In this document: piece by piece, positions 60,901 through 64,000 of the stretch | How positions within the stretch are numbered: the stretch's first letter is position 1 | Layout of the letters: the number at the start of each line of letters is the position of its first letter | Assembly: GCA_965178125.1 (NCBI GenBank) | Contig: OZ237738.1 | Span: 310,001-374,000 of the forward strand | Length of the DNA: 64,000 bases | Direction: 5' to 3' | From: Bilabrum cf. latius | Lineage: Eukaryota | Notes under the pieces: model-generated | Seen by the model: the letters and a program-made list of their open reading frames with translations, nothing else | Told to the model about the DNA's origin: nothing | Databases searched by the model: none | Program-made: the position numbers and the translations under genes

Positions 60901-63900
60901 CAGCGAGATCTCTTCGCCCTCGGCGTCGGGCGGGTTCGGGAATACGCCAGTCGTGACCGGCGGGTCGTAGTGGAAGAACACTGTCTCGGCAGGGCTGGAC
61001 CTGCCATCAGCGGCAATCACCACCACGGATTGGTTCGGGAACATGCCAGCCGGGGCTGAGCACACCAGACGAGTGTGTGAGTGTGCTGGAATCGCAGCTG
61101 GCGGCAACCCACCCCCACCGGAGCTTGCGATGGCATCGGCCGCAGCCTGGGACCCGCCCAGCGGCAGCAGCTCGCAGGAGCGCCCGCCAATGAGGGCGCG
61201 GGCCCCGGAGACACCGAAGCTGGATCCCTCGATGATGAGGTCGTACCCACCGATCGTGCGACCGGTGCCAGGCCGCACCGAGAAAACACGAGGAGGGGCG
61301 TAGTCGAACAGTAGCGGGCTGCTCTGCTGCACTGGGTCGTCCAACGAGAACTGCTCTCCCACGCGGACACCCACGCTCCAGCCCAGACCCTGCCCCTCTG
61401 GAACATCGAACACGATGGTTGAATGGTTGTGGGCTGACACGTTCATCGTGGGCACCAGCAGCTGCTCCAACGGAGCACCAGGCGCCTGCCGCCGCTGGAA
61501 CACCACAGTGGCACCCGAGATGCCAAAGTCGTCACCATACATCACGATCTTCTCACCGCCCTCTGTGGAGGCAGTGGGGGGTGACAGCACGCGAGGGAAG
61601 GGGAAGTTGTACCGGAATGCGGAGCCTGGCGCGGACGAGGTCGCAACACCACCAACAGTCACAGTCACCACTACGTCGGATCCCTGGCCCTCGGGTACGT
61701 CGCAGCGGATGACACTGTGAGCGTCTTCAGTCAGGAGCGGTGCAGTGACCGAGCAAGTCTGCGCGGATGCTGCCCCAGGCCAGGAGATGGTCACGGTAGG
61801 CACGGCGGTACCAGGTTGGAAGCGACCGAAGTGGTCGCCTGCCAGCACGATGGAGCCGCCCGTGGTAGGGACGCGGGCAGGCGAGGCCACGCCTATGGTG
61901 GGAGCGTTGTGGTGGAAGTCGATTCGACCAGGAGAGCTGGGCTCTTGCACACCGTACACATCATCACCAGTGTTGGGCTGGCCCTGGAACAGCCTGAACC
62001 GGAAGCCCCTGCCTTCGCCACCATGCTTGCGGAAGGTCACCATCGCATTGGACCAGGTGGGCGTGTCCACATTGGGAGGGAACACGGCAGCAGCAAACGA
62101 AGGGCCAGACGTCGGCGGCTCCAACTCGACGGTACCCCTTGGCCCGAAGTTCATGCCCACGATGCGGACCATGCCAGGCCTCGTCGGCACAACGAGCTCC
62201 ATGTCCGTGCCGCCGACCACGCGATCCACACGCTCGTAGTCGAGGTATGTGCCCGGGTTGCTGGCATCCTCTGGAGCGAACTGCACTTCCTGCACGATCG
62301 GGGCCGCATACGTGAGGCACGGGGCGCCGCTGTCTGCGCACGAAATGGCAAGCCGACGGCCGCGATGGGCAGAGAGCTGCCTGCCGTAGGCAAGGGATGC
62401 ACCCGTCTCTGCTGACAACCGCCTGGACGAGTTGCCCGCATCCGGGGTGATGATGCTCTCAGAGGTGAGGGCACCGACCTTGATCACCACCGGCACTTCG
62501 GCACCGACACCAGGCGGCGTGGTACACGTGATGGCGTGGGTGGGCTCGGCGCACGCGGAGTTGTTGCTGTTGGTAGGAGTGAAAATGACCGAGACGCTGC
62601 CGCAGGTAGCCTCCGTGTCACCCACAAGCACGGTGGTTTCTCCATCCCTCAAGTTACACGCCTCCACCGTGATCTCGTCGCCACCAGCCGGGCTGAACTC
62701 CTGGCCCTCGAACGACTGCTGGCCGTTGCGGCCGAACACTGGCGCAATCTCGGTGAACGTGACCTTGCCCGAGGACTGCCCGCCAGCGACGATCATGATG
62801 GCGCCCTGTGTGTGCGGCGTGCGGGCCACCACAGCGTCATGACCCCACACGATCGCAGTGACCTCGTGCTCGGGGCCAAAGTCAGACTCAGCGATGCCCA
62901 CATTACTGGACACATACAGCCGACCGCACCCGGTCGGGTTGTCAACAGTCCGCTGCGCACCGCAGAAGTTGCTACCCACAATGTCGAGCCGTGTGAAGCC
63001 AGGAAGCTCCGAATCAGGCCGGGGATTGAGCGCTCGGATAGCGGGTGCCTCGAAGCTGGCAGGGGCCGACAGAGACTGCACCCCGAGAGCGGCAGCACCA
63101 CGACCAGATCCAGCGGTAGATGCCACCTGAGCCGACACCGGGACGTTGGCACCGGCACCTTCTGGTGAGATCGCAAACAGCACGTGCAGCGAGGTAGCCA
63201 CAGCCCCGATGGCACCCGCGTCGCAAGACAGGGTGGACCCAGCGCTGTTGAGCTGGGCCACCAGCGCCTGACGTGCCACATCTTCGTTGATCAGAGGATA
63301 TCGAAGACCAGCACCGGCAGCCACGGGCTCCCCATATCCAGGGTATCCCCAGTTAGCCAGCTGCTGCGAAGTGGGAGCACTCACAGTCGGGTAAGCAGCC
63401 AGAGCCGCAGGCGCAAGGGGCTGCACCTCCACAGCAGCCCCAGACGGAAGGGAGAATGCGAATGTCACGTCAGAGTCCGAGTCCATTAGCGCCAGATCGG
63501 TCGAGACGATCGTCACCACTTGCCCACCACGAGTGGGCAGCAGCCTGGGATGCACGCTGCGCACCGCAGGGGGTGCGTATGCGGCAGTGAGCAACGACGG
63601 CGATGAAATGCGTCCAGCGATGGACACCCGCCAGTTGGCACCGCCATCGGCTGACATGGGTGAGATGCCCGGCACCGTCTAGCACGTGATCTGGTTGTGG
63701 TCCACCAGGGTGCAATCAGCGGCAGCGTACTCAGACCCACTCGCCCCGTAGTACACGGCCTCGAGGAAAGGACCAGGGGTGGTGGCAGGACCGAAGTGCT
63801 GGCCATCGATCACCACGCTCTGGCCACCGTCCGAGCTCATCAGCTGGGCGCGAAGCACGGATGCAGGCTGGTTCGAGCCGCCTGCAACCACGCTGTCGTC

Positions 63901-64000
63901 AGAACCAGATACAGAGGATCCGTTGACCACGGGCCCAGTTGACGCCCCACACCCCTTGTACAGCAAGTCCAGCGCACGGACCTCTGCGGCATACGATTCG
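57996..64000 (-). CDS. Giant IPT/TIG / Cys-rich multi-pass membrane protein, copy 2 (5'-partial; paralog of 1-8624)
   Basis: ORFs 63679-63966, 60742-63675, 60214-60528, 59762-60100 and 58428-59729 are near-identical to copy 1. Introns 60122-60222 and 59675-59796. TAG at 63679, 60742, 60571, 58428. Ends TGA 57996-57998. Confidence 0.88.
58524..64000. repeat. Right arm of the long inverted repeat; runs off the window end
   Basis: Reverse complement of 2620-8096, including both introns. Confidence 0.95.

Noticed and set aside
1-64000. A cluster of pseudogenes with premature stops
   Set aside because: The interruptions are exclusively TAG, with no frameshifts or internal TAA/TGA. Catalytic motifs and splice sites are intact, and TAG falls on conserved Gln columns.
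1-64000. Pyrrolysine insertion, or a recoded phage or prokaryotic genome
   Set aside because: Spliceosomal introns and eukaryote-specific genes (katanin p80, MST kinase, MIT-HECT ligase) are present, no pyl genes are seen, and TAG maps to Gln.
2620-64000. The inverted repeat as terminal inverted repeats of a giant transposon, Polinton or endogenous virophage
   Set aside because: The arms are intron-containing cellular genes. No transposase, integrase, polymerase or capsid gene lies between them, only host-type genes.

Overview
A GC-rich, gene-dense stretch of a eukaryotic nuclear genome with short GT-AG introns (70-160 bp) and very short intergenic spacers. The gene style suggests a heterotrophic protist, possibly a Cafeteria-like stramenopile, but that is unverified inference. 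The main result is a non-standard genetic code. The fragmented ORF track resolves into 13 long intact genes once TAG is read as a sense codon. TAG sits at conserved Gln positions (Ste20 DFGVSA[TAG]L, EIQILK[TAG]C, MIT LVE[TAG]A). It swaps with CAG between two paralogous gene copies and inside a GGA-CAG tandem repeat. All 13 genes end in TGA (12) or TAA (1), so UAG=Gln while UAA and UGA remain stops (the table-15 pattern). Genes: two inverted, near-identical copies of a giant cadherin/IPT-TIG/Cys-rich multi-TM protein bracketing the window, a ~4,160-aa secreted EGF/Calx-beta/filamin-like/PA14 protein, a myristoylated LRR protein, an MIT-pseudokinase-HECT E3 ligase, an ADAT1-like deaminase with repeat insertions, katanin p80, an MST/Hippo-like kinase with SARAH domain, a hypothetical protein, a ~4,350-aa Clu/TPR-like protein, FAD synthetase, and a head-to-head GH79 heparanase-like / sulfatase pair. 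All translations and counts were done by eye, with no database searches.
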